Of a DNA stretch of 64,000 bases, positions 1-12,800 are shown in pieces. The stretch spans positions 1,804-65,803 of the forward strand of contig JAJTCJ010000026.1 in NCBI GenBank assembly GCA_021323165.1. Direction: 5' to 3'. Position numbers and translations under genes: made by a program. Numbering within the stretch: the first letter of the stretch is position 1; each line of letters opens with the position of its first letter. Below the pieces are notes generated by a model, which saw nothing but the letters and a program-made list of their open reading frames with translations, searched no databases and was not told where the DNA came from. The DNA is from Bacteroidota bacterium (GTDB lineage Bacteria > Bacteroidota > Bacteroidia > 2-12-FULL-35-15).

Positions 1-2731
1 CATTCTGGCTTATGCAGATGCATTTGCAGCAGCAAGAATCCTTCTTAGCATACAAGGACAGGATGTTAAAAGCAATATTCCGGTTTTAAATTATTTAAGT
101 GAATTACCTCAGGGCACTGAAGGACAGCTTTACGCACTCAGCACTCAACTGTACGGCTATCTTGATTTCATGAGCAAACCGTTCAATCAGCTTACTTATA
201 ACTTTCCTGATCATCATACTGATCTTGCATCAATATTCGGAGAAGAAAATCTTTCTGTACTAAGTTCAACTTCTGTAACCGTAACTGATGAAAGTGTAAC
301 AGGCAATAACGGAAAACAATTCACCTCATCAGGTTTGAGAGCTCCTATGTCAGCTGATTATGCAGCAGCATTATGGAATCCTGCCGCTTCGTGTAATTAC
401 AGTTCACGAAGCGGAACGGCTGTTTCAGCAGTGACAGTTCATACCGTTCAGGGATCGTATGCAGGCTGTATCTCCTGGTTTCAAAACTGTTCAGCAGGTG
501 TATCCGCGCATTATGTAGCACGTTCGAGTGACGGACAGATTACTCAAATGGTTCTTGAGGCAAGTAAAGCATGGCATGTGGGATCCAATAATCCTTATAC
601 CATTGGTATTGAACATGAAGGTTATATCAGCAACGCATCTTGGTACACAACTGCAATGTATAACGGTTCTGCAGCGCTTGTGCGTGATATCTGCGCAAGC
701 GGTTACGGTATTAATCCATTAAGATGTTACTATGGTCCAGGCTGCTCAGGAGGTTATTCAGACTGTTATCTTGGCGCGTGTACAACCATCAAAGGACATC
801 AGATGTTCAGCGGTCAAACACATACTGATCCGGGACCTAACTGGAACTGGGCAAAATTTTATTTACTGATCAATAATGCTCCCACTATTACAACAATTAC
901 TACAGCTACCGGAACATTTACAGATAACGGGGGAAGCACAGGAGATTATACGGATGATGTGCGTTCTCTCACATTGATCAAACCAACAGGCGCCACTTCT
1001 GTAACTCTTAATTTTACTTCATTCAGCACAGAAGCAGGATGGGATTATATGTTCATCTATGATGGTTCAACGACTTCTGCTCCGCTGATCGGACAATATG
1101 ATGGCACAAGCAGTCCGGGAATTGTATCTTCCAGCGGCAACGCATTACTTGTGGAATTCCGTTCTGATTGTGCAACTGTTGAATCGGGCTGGGTGGCAAA
1201 CTGGACAAGCAATGCAGTTGCAGCACCTGCAAGTGACAGCATACCTCCATCAACAACAGTTACAACTTCCGGTGGTTGGGAAACAGGAAATTTCACAGCA
1301 AGCTTTACTGATGCAGATAATGCAGGAGGAAGCGGACTTGAAAAAAGTTATTATCAGGTAATAGATTTTAACGGAACTGAATGGCGTGCAAATGCAAACA
1401 ATGGTTTCTTCGCTGATAATTTTGACGCAGCAATTCATCCTGACTGGACAGTAGGAACCGCATCTCCGGGAGGAACATGGAGCATTAATGCAGGTTCACT
1501 TTACCAAAGTGATGAAGCAAACAGCAATACAAATATTTATGCAGCCCTTAACCAATCTCTTTCAAACAGATATTTATATAATTTTTACGGAAAGATAAAT
1601 GGCACAGGAACTACAAAGCGTGCAGGCTTCCACTTTTTCTGTGATAATGCTTCTTTAACCAACAGAGGAAATTCGTATTTCGTTTGGTTCCGTGTTGATG
1701 ATGGATTATTACAGATCTATAAAGTAGTGAATGATGTTTTCGGTTCACCTGTAGTTAATATTCCTTTTACAACAGTTGCCGGACAATGGTATGATTACAA
1801 GATCATTTATGACCGTATCACCGGTAAGATCTCAGTTTACCGCGACAATTCATTTGTAACAAGCTGGATAGATTCATCTCCGTATTCCAGCGGAACCGGA
1901 ATTTCTTTCCGAAGCGGTAATGCAAACTTCGCGATCAATGAACTGAAAGTATACAGATCTCGTCCTGCTGCATCTGCTGCAATAACTGTTGGAGCCGCTG
2001 CTACAAATGATATCAGAAATCAGAATCCGAATCCTACAACATTCTCCACGAAAATCAAATCCATCTGCGCTGACTCAGCAGGAAATTTATCTCCAATTTT
2101 TTATCAGAACTTAAACATCGACTGGACTGCTCCTGCAAATATTACAAGCATCAATGATGGTTTAGGTGCTGATATTGCGTATACTAATTCTGCTACTACT
2201 TTATCCGCAAACTGGTCACCGTCATCTGATCCGAACTCAGCTATCGCACGTTATTTTTATGCGATAGGAACAACACCGGGTGCAACAAACACTGTAAACT
2301 GGACAGACAACTGGTACAACGATACAGCTACAGCAACAGGTCTTTCACTGGTTGACGGACAAACTTATTATTTCAGTGTGAAAGCTGAAAATGGTGCAGG
2401 GCTTCAGTCTGCTGTTTATACAAGCAACGGACAGATAGTTCAGCTATCAGGTGTTGGGGTAAATGAACTGACTTCAAGTAATACAATTACTGTTTCTCCT
2501 AATCCTCTAACAAACAATTCAACCATCATTTTTGATCTGAAAGAAAATTCGAAAATTGATATTTCATTAATTGATGTTCTTGGAAAAGCAATTGTTCTTT
2601 ATCACAATGATAGCCAGGTATCAGGAAAACACAGCATCGCGATGAATTCTTCAGAGCTTTCTTCCGGGATCTATTTTGTGAAAATGGTTACTGATACTGA
2701 AACAAAAACATTAAAAGTAATCGTTAAATAA
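1..2731 (+). CDS. T9SS-secreted N-acetylmuramoyl-L-alanine amidase (Amidase_2/AmpD-like) with CUB, beta-sandwich, FN3-like and T9SS C-terminal domains; 5' end lies outside the window
   Basis: Frame is open from position 2, upstream of the track's ATG at 170. Amidase motifs VTVHT, SAHY, AWHVG, IGIEHEG, HTDPG; CUB-like FSTEAGWDYMFIYDG; type A CTD (SPNP...GIYFVK...KVIVK). Confidence 0.88.
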   Translation, partial: ILAYADAFAAARILLSIQGQDVKSNIPVLNYLSELPQGTEGQLYALSTQLYGYLDFMSKPFNQLTYNFPDHHTDLASIFGEENLSVLSSTSVTVTDESVTGNNGKQFTSSGLRAPMSADYAAALWNPAASCNYSSRSGTAVSAVTVHTVQGSYAGCISWFQNCSAGVSAHYVARSSDGQITQMVLEASKAWHVGSNNPYTIGIEHEGYISNASWYTTAMYNGSAALVRDICASGYGINPLRCYYGPGCSGGYSDCYLGACTTIKGHQMFSGQTHTDPGPNWNWAKFYLLINNAPTITTITTATGTFTDNGGSTGDYTDDVRSLTLIKPTGATSVTLNFTSFSTEAGWDYMFIYDGSTTSAPLIGQYDGTSSPGIVSSSGNALLVEFRSDCATVESGWVANWTSNAVAAPASDSIPPSTTVTTSGGWETGNFTASFTDADNAGGSGLEKSYYQVIDFNGTEWRANANNGFFADNFDAAIHPDWTVGTASPGGTWSINAGSLYQSDEANSNTNIYAALNQSLSNRYLYNFYGKINGTGTTKRAGFHFFCDNASLTNRGNSYFVWFRVDDGLLQIYKVVNDVFGSPVVNIPFTTVAGQWYDYKIIYDRITGKISVYRDNSFVTSWIDSSPYSSGTGISFRSGNANFAINELKVYRSRPAASAAITVGAAATNDIRNQNPNPTTFSTKIKSICADSAGNLSPIFYQNLNIDWTAPANITSINDGLGADIAYTNSATTLSANWSPSSDPNSAIARYFYAIGTTPGATNTVNWTDNWYNDTATATGLSLVDGQTYYFSVKAENGAGLQSAVYTSNGQIVQLSGVGVNELTSSNTITVSPNPLTNNSTIIFDLKENSKIDISLIDVLGKAIVLYHNDSQVSGKHSIAMNSSELSSGIYFVKMVTDTETKTLKVIVK

Positions 2732-2745
2732 AAATGAATTCTTAA

Positions 2746-5700
2746 ATGAAAAATTACGCTTTACTTTTATCTGTATTTATTTTTCAAACAGCTTTTGCCC
2801 AAACAAGCAAGCCTGTGGTGGCTGAACCGGAGAACGATCCTTATGTTCCTCATAAATCAATTCATCAGGTGCAATCAGAAAAATATGCACAATATAATTT
2901 CAGCTCTGATGCGCAATGGGACAGCCTTCGTTCAATTGAAGGAATGAATACAAGCAAAACAATGCTGAGATCACCATCAGCATGCAATCTTAATAAAAGA
3001 GTGTACGGATGGCATCCATACTGGAGCGCAGGATTAGAAGCAAATTATGATTGGGAAGGCTTATCAGATCTTTGTTATTTTTCTTATGAAGTAAATTCCG
3101 CGAATGGAAATGCAATTACAACACATGGCTGGTCAACGGCAAGTGTAGTTACTACTGCTCAGGCTAACGGAGTAAATGTAACATTGTGTGCAACCTTATT
3201 CAGCGGCCATACAGCTTTTTTCGGAAGTACAGCAGCGAAACAAACACTTATAACCAACCTGATAAATCTTGTTCAGGCAAGGAATGCAAAAGGTGTTAAT
3301 ATAGATTTTGAAGGAATGGGCGCTTCTCACAAAACCGCTTTCACTGCGTTCATGATAGATCTTTGCAATCAGATGCACGCAGCGATCCCCGGCTCTGAGG
3401 TCAGCATTTGTTTATATGCAGTAGACTGGAGTAATGTATTTGACATGCCCGCACTAAATCCTTATGTAGATCTTTTTGTGATCATGGGTTATGATTACTA
3501 TTACAGCGGAAGTACTACTGCAGGTCCTGAATCACCTTTATATAATTTTCAGACAACTTACAATTATACATTAGCCAAGTCACTTACCTTCTATTTAAAA
3601 CAGGGAACAACCCCTTCAAAATTATTATTAGGGCTGCCGTGGTATGGACGTGAATGGGCAACCAGTGGAAGTACTATTCCCAGCGCCACAACAGGAGGCG
3701 GTACAAGCAGCGTTACTTACACAACAATGCGAAATAATTCCAATGGATATTATTCTAACAGGCAATGGGATCCAATCAGTTTTTCAACCTGGTATCCATC
3801 AGTAAGAGCCGGAGTGAACTGGCAGGCATTTATTGATGATGCTTATTCGATGGGGAAAAGATTCGATCTTGTAAATCAGCGCGGAGTTGGCGGGATAGGG
3901 ATCTGGGCTTTGGGTTACGACAATGGATATAATGATTTCTGGGATATTATAAAAAATAAGTTTACTGATTGCGCAACTGTGCCATGCACGGATACTATAT
4001 ACGATATGGGCGGTCCCGCACGAAATTATTATGACAGTGAAAATTACACATTTACAATCGCCCCTAGCGGTGCAACAAGTGTAGGCTTGAATTTCAGTTC
4101 ATTTGCCACAGAACTTAATTACGATACTCTCTGGATCTATGACGGAGGAAATACTTCCACTCCACTGATCGGTGCATATCATGGGAACATGAATCCGGGA
4201 TCTATCAATTCCACCGGAGGTTCTCTTACACTGCGTTACAAATCTGATATCTCAACAGTTGCAGCAGGATGGCAGGCGATCTGGAACTGCACGATTGATA
4301 ACATTGCTCCTACCACACTTGTTTCTACTCCATCGTCCTGGGCTACTTCCAACTTCAGTGCAAACTTTACAGACACTGATAATTCAGGCGGTTCCGGAAT
4401 AGCAAAGAGTTATTACCAGGTGCTTGAATATAACGGAACAGAATGGCGGGCAAATAACAGCAGAGGATTCTTCTCTGATAATTTTGATAATGCAATTCAT
4501 CCCGACTGGTCAACAATGGTTGGAACCTGGAGCATCGCAGGAGGATATTTGAACCAGAGTGATGAAACAAACAGCAATACGAATATCTATGCTCCGCTTA
4601 CACAAAATCTATCCAATCAATATCTGTACAATTGGCAGGGAAAGATAACAGGTACAGGCACAAACCGAAGAGCTGGCTTTCATTTCTTCTGTGATGATGC
4701 AACACAAACCAACAGAGGAAATTCATATTTTATTTGGATAAGACCTGATCAAAGCACACTTGAATTATATAAAGTAGTGAACAATGTATTTTCACTTGCA
4801 AGCTCTGTCGCGCTTACCACAACTATCAATACATGGAATGATTACAAGATCATTTATGACCGTATCACCGGAAAAATGGATGTGTATGTGAACAATGCAT
4901 TAACGGCAAGCTGGACAGATCCTTCTCCATTAACTACAGGAAACGCTATCTCATTCAGAAGCGGTAATTGTAATTACACTGTGAATGATCTTAAAGTATA
5001 TCGTTCGCGTTTACCTTCTGTTACAGTAACAGTAGGTTCTGCAGCAACGAATGATGTGCGCTATCAGAATCCCGATCCTTCCACTCCATCATGTAGAGTT
5101 AAATCAATTACTAGAGACGCTGTCGGTAATTTATCAACTGTTGCTGCTCAGGATGTAGATGTTGACTGGACAATTCCTTCCTCCGCAATTTCAAGTGACG
5201 GAACGGCCTCTGACATTGACACTACTTATTCTTTAACACAACTTTCAGGTAACTGGACGAATTGTGTTGATACAAACTCTGCTATATCAAAATACTGGTA
5301 CGCGATCGGTACAGCACCGGGAGCTACTGATATTACCAACTGGACAGATAATGGAACGAGTACTGCAGTTACAAAAACAGGACTTTCTTTAGTTGTAAAT
5401 CAGCTATATTATTTTTCAATAAGATCTGAGAACGGAGCCGGATTATTATCGGCAATAACTGTTACGGATGGACAGCGTGTTGTTGCTCTTACAACCGGAA
5501 TAGAAGAAAACGGCAATACTGTATTGCTTGTTTATCCAAATCCTTTTTCTGAAGAAGCTACTATTTCTTATGAATTACAAACTCCCGCTGAAGTTGAAAT
5601 TTCCCTTGTTGATGTTTTAGGAAAAAGAATCATGATCAGCGAAAAGCAAATGCAGAGCAGCGGAAATCACAGCACTTCAATAAACAGATCATCATTGTAT

Positions 5701-5775
5701 ATTGCAAAAGGAATTTATACATTGATAATGCGCGTGAATCAAGCAGAAAAGAATTACAAACTGATCATTAATTAG
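2746..5775 (+). CDS. T9SS-secreted glycoside hydrolase family 18 with CUB, beta-sandwich, FN3-like and T9SS CTD
   Basis: Signal peptide; GH18 motifs GVNIDFE, IMGYDY, LLLGLPWYG, GGIGIWALGYD; C-terminal half paralogous to the upstream amidase; YPNP-type CTD. Confidence 0.88.
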   Translation: MKNYALLLSVFIFQTAFAQTSKPVVAEPENDPYVPHKSIHQVQSEKYAQYNFSSDAQWDSLRSIEGMNTSKTMLRSPSACNLNKRVYGWHPYWSAGLEANYDWEGLSDLCYFSYEVNSANGNAITTHGWSTASVVTTAQANGVNVTLCATLFSGHTAFFGSTAAKQTLITNLINLVQARNAKGVNIDFEGMGASHKTAFTAFMIDLCNQMHAAIPGSEVSICLYAVDWSNVFDMPALNPYVDLFVIMGYDYYYSGSTTAGPESPLYNFQTTYNYTLAKSLTFYLKQGTTPSKLLLGLPWYGREWATSGSTIPSATTGGGTSSVTYTTMRNNSNGYYSNRQWDPISFSTWYPSVRAGVNWQAFIDDAYSMGKRFDLVNQRGVGGIGIWALGYDNGYNDFWDIIKNKFTDCATVPCTDTIYDMGGPARNYYDSENYTFTIAPSGATSVGLNFSSFATELNYDTLWIYDGGNTSTPLIGAYHGNMNPGSINSTGGSLTLRYKSDISTVAAGWQAIWNCTIDNIAPTTLVSTPSSWATSNFSANFTDTDNSGGSGIAKSYYQVLEYNGTEWRANNSRGFFSDNFDNAIHPDWSTMVGTWSIAGGYLNQSDETNSNTNIYAPLTQNLSNQYLYNWQGKITGTGTNRRAGFHFFCDDATQTNRGNSYFIWIRPDQSTLELYKVVNNVFSLASSVALTTTINTWNDYKIIYDRITGKMDVYVNNALTASWTDPSPLTTGNAISFRSGNCNYTVNDLKVYRSRLPSVTVTVGSAATNDVRYQNPDPSTPSCRVKSITRDAVGNLSTVAAQDVDVDWTIPSSAISSDGTASDIDTTYSLTQLSGNWTNCVDTNSAISKYWYAIGTAPGATDITNWTDNGTSTAVTKTGLSLVVNQLYYFSIRSENGAGLLSAITVTDGQRVVALTTGIEENGNTVLLVYPNPFSEEATISYELQTPAEVEISLVDVLGKRIMISEKQMQSSGNHSTSINRSSLYIAKGIYTLIMRVNQAEKNYKLIIN

Positions 5776-5780
5776 AAATT

Positions 5781-6641
5781 ATGAGAAGTATTATTCTTTT
5801 CTTTCTATTTCTTCCATCAATCCTCTTTTCTCAGGATGAACAGGATCCGTTTGATAAGTATGCTCCTCCGGGAGAAACATATACTAGTCTGAAAGAAGCA
5901 TTAAAAGACGTTAATAATGTTTACAAATTAAAATTAGAATACCAGGTAATCGATCCCAAACTTTTTCCTAAGATTGGAAAGCTAAGTCAATTAAGCTCCT
6001 TCCAATTAAGCGGCAACAGCATTACAGAATTACCAAAGGAGTTTACAGAACTTTCAAATCTCACCTACTTTTGCTGTAAGGCTAATAGTATAACTTCATT
6101 ACCCAAAAACATTGGTAATCTGCAGCAGCTTTCCGAAATTAAGCTTATTAATCTCAAACTCGATTCACTGCCATTTGAAATTGCTTATCTAAAGAAATTA
6201 AGAACCATTGAGATCCAGAATAATCAGGCTGACACTTTAAGTTTCCCGAACTCTTTCGGTTATCTTCCTAATCTTACCGAACTGCTTGTATTTAATTCCA
6301 GAATGGATACTTTACCAGCGACATTTTCTGAACTCAAAAAACTAAAGAGCCTCACTTTTGCTATGTGCGGTTTGCAAAAAATGCCGAAAACGATCGGAAA
6401 GATCGCCTCTCTTGAACAACTGATACTTGACAATAACAATCTTACTGAATTGCCAAAAAGCATATACAAACTCAGGAAATTAAAATATCTTTCTGTAAAA
6501 AGTAATAAATTAAGCTCACTGCATGATTCAATAAGTATGCTTAAAGATCTTGAAGTGCTGGATCTGCGGGGCAATACCTTTACTTCGTATGATGTTGAGA
6601 TTCTGAAGATCCTTCTTCCGAAATGCAGGATCCTTTATTAG
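5781..6641 (+). CDS. Exported leucine-rich repeat protein
   Basis: Signal peptide plus repeated LxxLxLxxNxLxxLP units. Confidence 0.9.
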   Translation: MRSIILFFLFLPSILFSQDEQDPFDKYAPPGETYTSLKEALKDVNNVYKLKLEYQVIDPKLFPKIGKLSQLSSFQLSGNSITELPKEFTELSNLTYFCCKANSITSLPKNIGNLQQLSEIKLINLKLDSLPFEIAYLKKLRTIEIQNNQADTLSFPNSFGYLPNLTELLVFNSRMDTLPATFSELKKLKSLTFAMCGLQKMPKTIGKIASLEQLILDNNNLTELPKSIYKLRKLKYLSVKSNKLSSLHDSISMLKDLEVLDLRGNTFTSYDVEILKILLPKCRILY

Positions 6642-6781
6642 GATTCTCCGTATTATTCCGTGTTTTTCTCCAAAATGTATTGGTAGTGCAACCATTCCGC
6701 CCCGTTTTACATCTACTTTTAGTCCTTATAAAACACTGTTAGTCAATACTCCAACACTGTCGAACCATAAAAAAATTGAGT

Positions 6782-6789
6782 TATATTTG
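6782..6789 (+). promoter_or_regulatory. Bacteroidota sigma-A -7 element (TAnnTTTG)
   Basis: TATATTTG 17 nt upstream of the ATG at 6807. Confidence 0.55.
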
Positions 6790-6806
6790 TTCATATTGTT
6801 TGCGAG

Positions 6807-9800
6807 ATGAGATTTCAGAGGAAAGTATTTCCTAAGTATTTAAAAATTATAGCTTGTATCGTTCTGTTATTCAGCTCGACAGGCATTTTCGCGCAATCGG
6901 GAAATTGTGATCCTTCAACACCATTCTTTAGTGTTGACCTTACCGGACAGCCAAATGGAGTCTGGACCTCACCGGCTGTTCCCCGTGTTGGTAACTGCTG
7001 CGGAACTACTGCTCCCGATAAATGCGTTGAAATAAGTATTACACTTGATCCTACTGCGGTTGCAATTAATTTTCAGATCACTTCCGGTGCAGTTCCTCCC
7101 GGAGCTTTATTTTATCAAATAGGTTGCGGTCCGCCCGTTGCTGTAGGAACACCCATATGTTTGAATGGCCCGGGGCCTTATTCTTTAACATTCTGCAAGC
7201 CCGGAAATAATATCAACCAATATTCGATTACGTCAATTGCCGGACCAACAGTTTCTCCTGACGATACTATTGGTAATGGCTGCAGCACAACAATGTATGC
7301 TTCAGGCTTGCTCGTGAATTCAAGTATCAGCTGGACCTCCGTTGGACCTGGTGCACAGGGAGCATACAATTCATATTTAAGCTGTACGACAGGGTGCGAT
7401 TCAACAACTGTAACAGGAACTCCAACCGCTCCGGCATATGTAGACTATATGGTATGCGGAACTCCGGTTGCAGGAGCATGTATTTCCAGCGGATTATTTT
7501 GTGATACCATCCGTATTCATTTTTCTCCACCTATTTTGAATCCAGTTAACCCTAATCCTGCGATATACTGCGGAAATGCCGGTGGAATTCTACTTACAGG
7601 TTCAGTTGCCGGAGGTATAGCGCCATATACTTATGCATGGACAAACGGAACAAACGGTGCAGGAGCTGTTGTAGGAAGCGGTTTGACCTATACAGCAACA
7701 ACTTCAGGTACTTATTCATTTATAGTTTATGATGCTAATTACCCGGCTTGTCCGCCACAGATCACAAATGTTCCGGTAACTGTAAGTCCACCACCAGTTA
7801 TTAATGCCGGCCCTGATCAGCTTGTGTGCGGAAGTTCAGTTGTACTAAACGGAACTGTAACAGGAGCTACGGGCGGTGTTTGGTCTGGTGGCAACGGAAC
7901 ATATTCTCCATCATCCACTGCCGGCAATGCTACTTATACACCTACAAGTGCAGAATTACTTGCAGGAACAGTGATCCTTACTTATACCTCTACCGGTAAC
8001 GGTGCATGTTCTGCTGTTTCAGACCAGGTAGTAATAAATATTTCTCCTCCGATAAATGTAACTATAACTGCCCCTGCTATTTTATGTTACGGTTCTACTG
8101 CAACACTCACGGCAAATGTTACAGGAGGTATTGCTCCTTATTCTTATTTATGGAGCAATGGCCAAACTACGCAGACATTAAGCAATATGCTGCCGGGAAC
8201 ATACAGCGTTACAGTTACAGGAGCCAATGGCAGCGCATGTACTGCCACAGCAAGTGTAACTATAGCGGCAAATCCCCAGATAATTGTAAATACCTCACCA
8301 AACAATTCAATTTCATGCAGTACAACTGCAATTGTTTCTGCAACAGCATCTGGCGGAACAGGAACGCTGAATTATTTATGGAGCAATGGAGCTGCGACAA
8401 GTTCAACAATTGTTTACACAGGAACTTATGTTATTACAGTTACTGATGCAGTTGGTTGTTCGGCTAATAATTCCGTTACAGTTATAGCATCAAACAGTAC
8501 TTTAACAGCCATTGTGAATCAGCCGCCAGTTCTTTGTAACGGAGCAACAACCACATTAACTGTTTCCGCAAATGGTGGTTTCGGATCTTATACGTATTCA
8601 TGGAATACCGGATCAACCGGAGGAAGTATAGTAACGGGTGCCGGCAATTTTTGTGCAACCGTAACTGATGGTGGAGGTTGTACTACTTCTGCGTGTGTAA
8701 CTGTAACACAAAATTCTCCACTTCTCTTGAACGTTCCAACACCTGCAGCTATCTGTAATGGTGCCACCGGAACTTTAACTGCTTTCGTAAGTGGCGGACA
8801 AGCACCTTACAATTATTTATGGAGCAACGGGCAATCAACACAATCTATTACTGCATTGGCAGGAAATTATACGGTTACAGTTACAGATGCAATTGGGTGC
8901 AACACTTCTACATCCGTAACAATTTCACAGGCAACACCGCTTAATCTTTCTCCAACCGCAACACAGGTTTTATGTTTTGGAGGCAATACCGGAACTGCTT
9001 CAGCCAACGTGAGCGGTGGAACACCGGGATACTTTTATTCCTGGGCACCTTATGGTGGATCTTCTGCAACTGCAAGTAATCTGATGACAGGTACTTACAC
9101 TGTTACAGTAACTGATGCGATCGGTTGTTCTCAAACTTCTGCTATACCGGTGACACAGCCTGCTGCACTAAATGCTACAATAACTGTTAATAATAATGTA
9201 AGCTGCTACAACGGCAATAATGGTTCCGCAACTGTTTTTCCTACAGGCGGCACATCACCTTACTTTTATTCATGGAGCCCTATAGGCGGAAGTGCACAAA
9301 CAGCCACTAATCTTACACAAGGAAATTATCAAATCACAGTAACAGACGTAAACAACTGTGTTCAGAATGTTTCAACATCTATCACTCAGCCTTCACAGTT
9401 GATGGGCAGTATAGTTTCAACAACAAATGTTTCATGTAATTCAGGAAGCAACGGCAGCATCACAGTTTCTGCTTCCGGTGGCACTGTAGGTTATACTTAT
9501 GTTTGGACACCTTCAGGAGGCACCGCTGCAACTGCATCAAATTTAATTGCCGGATCATATACAGTCACAATCACAGATTCCAAAGGATGTACCACCCAGG
9601 TCACCGCTGCGATAACTCAACCGCCTGCATTATCAGCATCCATAAATACAAGTACAAACGTCAGCTGTAATGGCGGAAATAACGGATCGGCTACTGTAAC
9701 AGCTACGGGAGGAACAACTCCATACTCTTATTTATGGAATACAAATCCGGCACAGACAGGAGTAACAGCTACAGGATTAAGTGCTGGAAATTATTCCGCG

Positions 9801-12800
9801 ACAATTACAGATTCTAAAGGTTGTGTTATTACAACAACAGCTGTATCCATTACAGAACCTGCTTTACTTACAGTTACAGCAACACCATCTTCAACTATTT
9901 CCTGCAACAGTACAATTACCATTTCTTCTTCAGCAAGCGGAGGTTCAGGAGCCTATTCTTATTTATGGAGCAATGGAGGAACAACTTCATCAATAACCGT
10001 TAACACGGGAACATATACAGTTCTTGTTACAGATGGCAATGGCTGCAGTGCTACTAACTCTGTAAGTGTTATGGCTTCTAACAGTACGCTGACCGCATCT
10101 ATTCCTGCCCCGGCAAATATTTGTTTCGGAGCTTCCACTACTATTGCAGTCAGCGCTGCCGGAGGATTTGGTAGTTATACTTACTTATGGAGTAATGGCT
10201 CAACAGCAAATTCTATAATTGTTCCTGCAGGAAGTTATTGTGTGCAGGTAACCGATGGTGGCGGATGTATTGCGAACGCCTGCGTGAATGTTGTGCAGAA
10301 CACACCTGTGACAGCAAGCATAGGAACACCTCCAACGGTTTGCCCGGGAGCATCCACCACAATAACAGCATCAGGTTCAGGAGGTCAGGCACCTTATTCA
10401 TTCTTATGGAGTACAGGTCAAACTTCTCCTTCAGTATCAAAACCTGCAGGAACATATACAGTAACTGTTTCTGATGCAACAGGAAGTGCTTGTTCCGCGA
10501 CAGCATCAGTTACAATAAATCAGTCAAGTGATATTACCTTAACTGTGAGCTCCACCAATGTAAGCTGTAATGGCGGCAGTAACGGAACTGCAACAGTTTA
10601 CGCTTCAGGTGGAATGCCTGGATACTCATATGCATGGCTTCCTTCCGGAGGGAACAATACAACCGCTGCGAACTTATTTCCGGGAAATTATTCAGTTACT
10701 GTAACTGATATGATAGGCTGTATTGAAACAGCATCAGCAACAATTACTCAGCCTGCATCAGCAGTTTCAATTAACATGTCCTCAACTTCACCTCAATGTT
10801 TCGGAGATGCTAATGGAACAGCGACTGCAACAGGCGTTGGCGGAACCGGTCCGTATTCATATTACTGGTACAACACCGGCTCATCTTCTTCAACCATTAC
10901 GGGACTTTTACCAGGAGTTTACACTGCTACAGTTGCCGATAATACCGGCTGTTTTACAAATGATACTATTTCTGTTTTACCTGCAGTTCAGATTCAGTTG
11001 ACCGGCTCAACAACACCTGCATCATGTAATACAAATAATGGTTCGGCAACAGTAAATCCGACAGGAGGAACAGGAACTTATACTTATGTGTGGAGTCCGG
11101 CAATTGGAGGAACAAACAGTACAGCATCTAATATCAATGCAGGAACTTATACAGTAACTGTAACAGATGGGAACGGATGTCAGGAAGAATTAGAATTAAC
11201 AGTTCCTCAGGTTCCGGTTAGTATCACTTCCGGATTTACTTCAACAACATCATGTTTTAATACCGTTACTTCATTTACAGATATGTCCACTGCTACCAAT
11301 GATTCAGTTGTAAGCTGGTCATGGAACTTCGGAGAACCGTCTTCAGGTGCAAGTAATTTTTCCACGTTACAAAATCCAACACATACATTTGCATCTTCAG
11401 GAACCTTTAATGTTTCACTAACTGCAACCTCCGGAATTGGCTGCTCCGAAACATATTCAACACCTGTTACTGTTTACCCTCTGCCAATTGCAGGTTACAC
11501 AGCTACTCCAACCTGTGTTAACTCATTCACTTTATTTACGAATACATCCAACATCAGCAGCGGTTCGATCACAGGATGGTCATGGAATTTCGGAGATCCT
11601 TCATCGGGATCAAATAACATTTCTAATCTTGAAGACCCTACACATGTTTTTTCAAATGCAGGAACATATCTTATTATTCTAACCGTAACTTCCGACAACG
11701 GATGTACAAGCACTACAACACAAAACCAGGTGATATCCGGAGCTCCTATTGCTGACTTTACAGCGACAAATGTTTGTCAGAACATGTCAACTGTATTCAC
11801 AGATGCTTCAGGAATTTCAGCAAGCACGATCAATGGATGGTCATGGAATTTCGGTGATACTTCTCCGCTTGATTCAGTTCAGAATCCAACTCATCTTTAT
11901 GGTGCGAGCGGAACATATTCCGTAATTCTTACAGTTAGCTCTACAAGCGGATGCCAGGATTCAGACACAATGAATATTACAGTTCATCCACTACCGGTTG
12001 TTGCATTTTCAGCTCCACCTGTGTGTATTAACAATGCAACGATCTTTACAGATAATACCACTATTTCATCAGGAACACTTACCAGCTGGGCATGGAACTT
12101 TGGAAATTTCACACCTGTTTATTTCGGGCAGAATCCAAATTACATGTATTCAAGTTCGGGACTGTTCAATGTAAGTCTTACCGTAACCTCTTCATTTGGT
12201 TGTGTTGGAAATGTGATCCAGCCGGTGAATGTTTATGCACTTCCGATAGCTAATTTTACAAGTACCAATGCCTGCTTAAATACTGCAACTAATTTTAACG
12301 ATCTGTCCACAGTGCCGGGAAGCACCATCACCGGATGGGTTTGGGGATTCGGTGACGGTTCACCGATAGGAACAATTCAGAATCCTTCTCATGTTTATCT
12401 TACTCCCGGGACCTATAACACATCCTTGGTAGTAACCAGTGCAAACGGGTGCTTAGATACAGTTACTAAACCTACAACAGTTCATCCTTTGCCTCAGGTA
12501 TTATTTAATGTAAACGATTCAAGCGGCTGTGCAACTTATTGTACTCAATTCAATGATTCAAGCATTGCTCAAAGCGGAACAATCACAAACTGGGTATGGG
12601 ATTTTGGTGACCAGTCCTTTCAGTCAACAGATCAGAATCCTCAGCATTGTTATCTGCAATCAGGATTTTATACAATAACTCTTACAACAACAACTTCAAA
12701 CGGATGTTCTTCCACCGATTCTGTGGTCGATCTGATAAATGTATTTCCTGTACCTGAGGCTGAATTTACATTTACTCCTCAGCCTGCAAGCACGCTGTAT

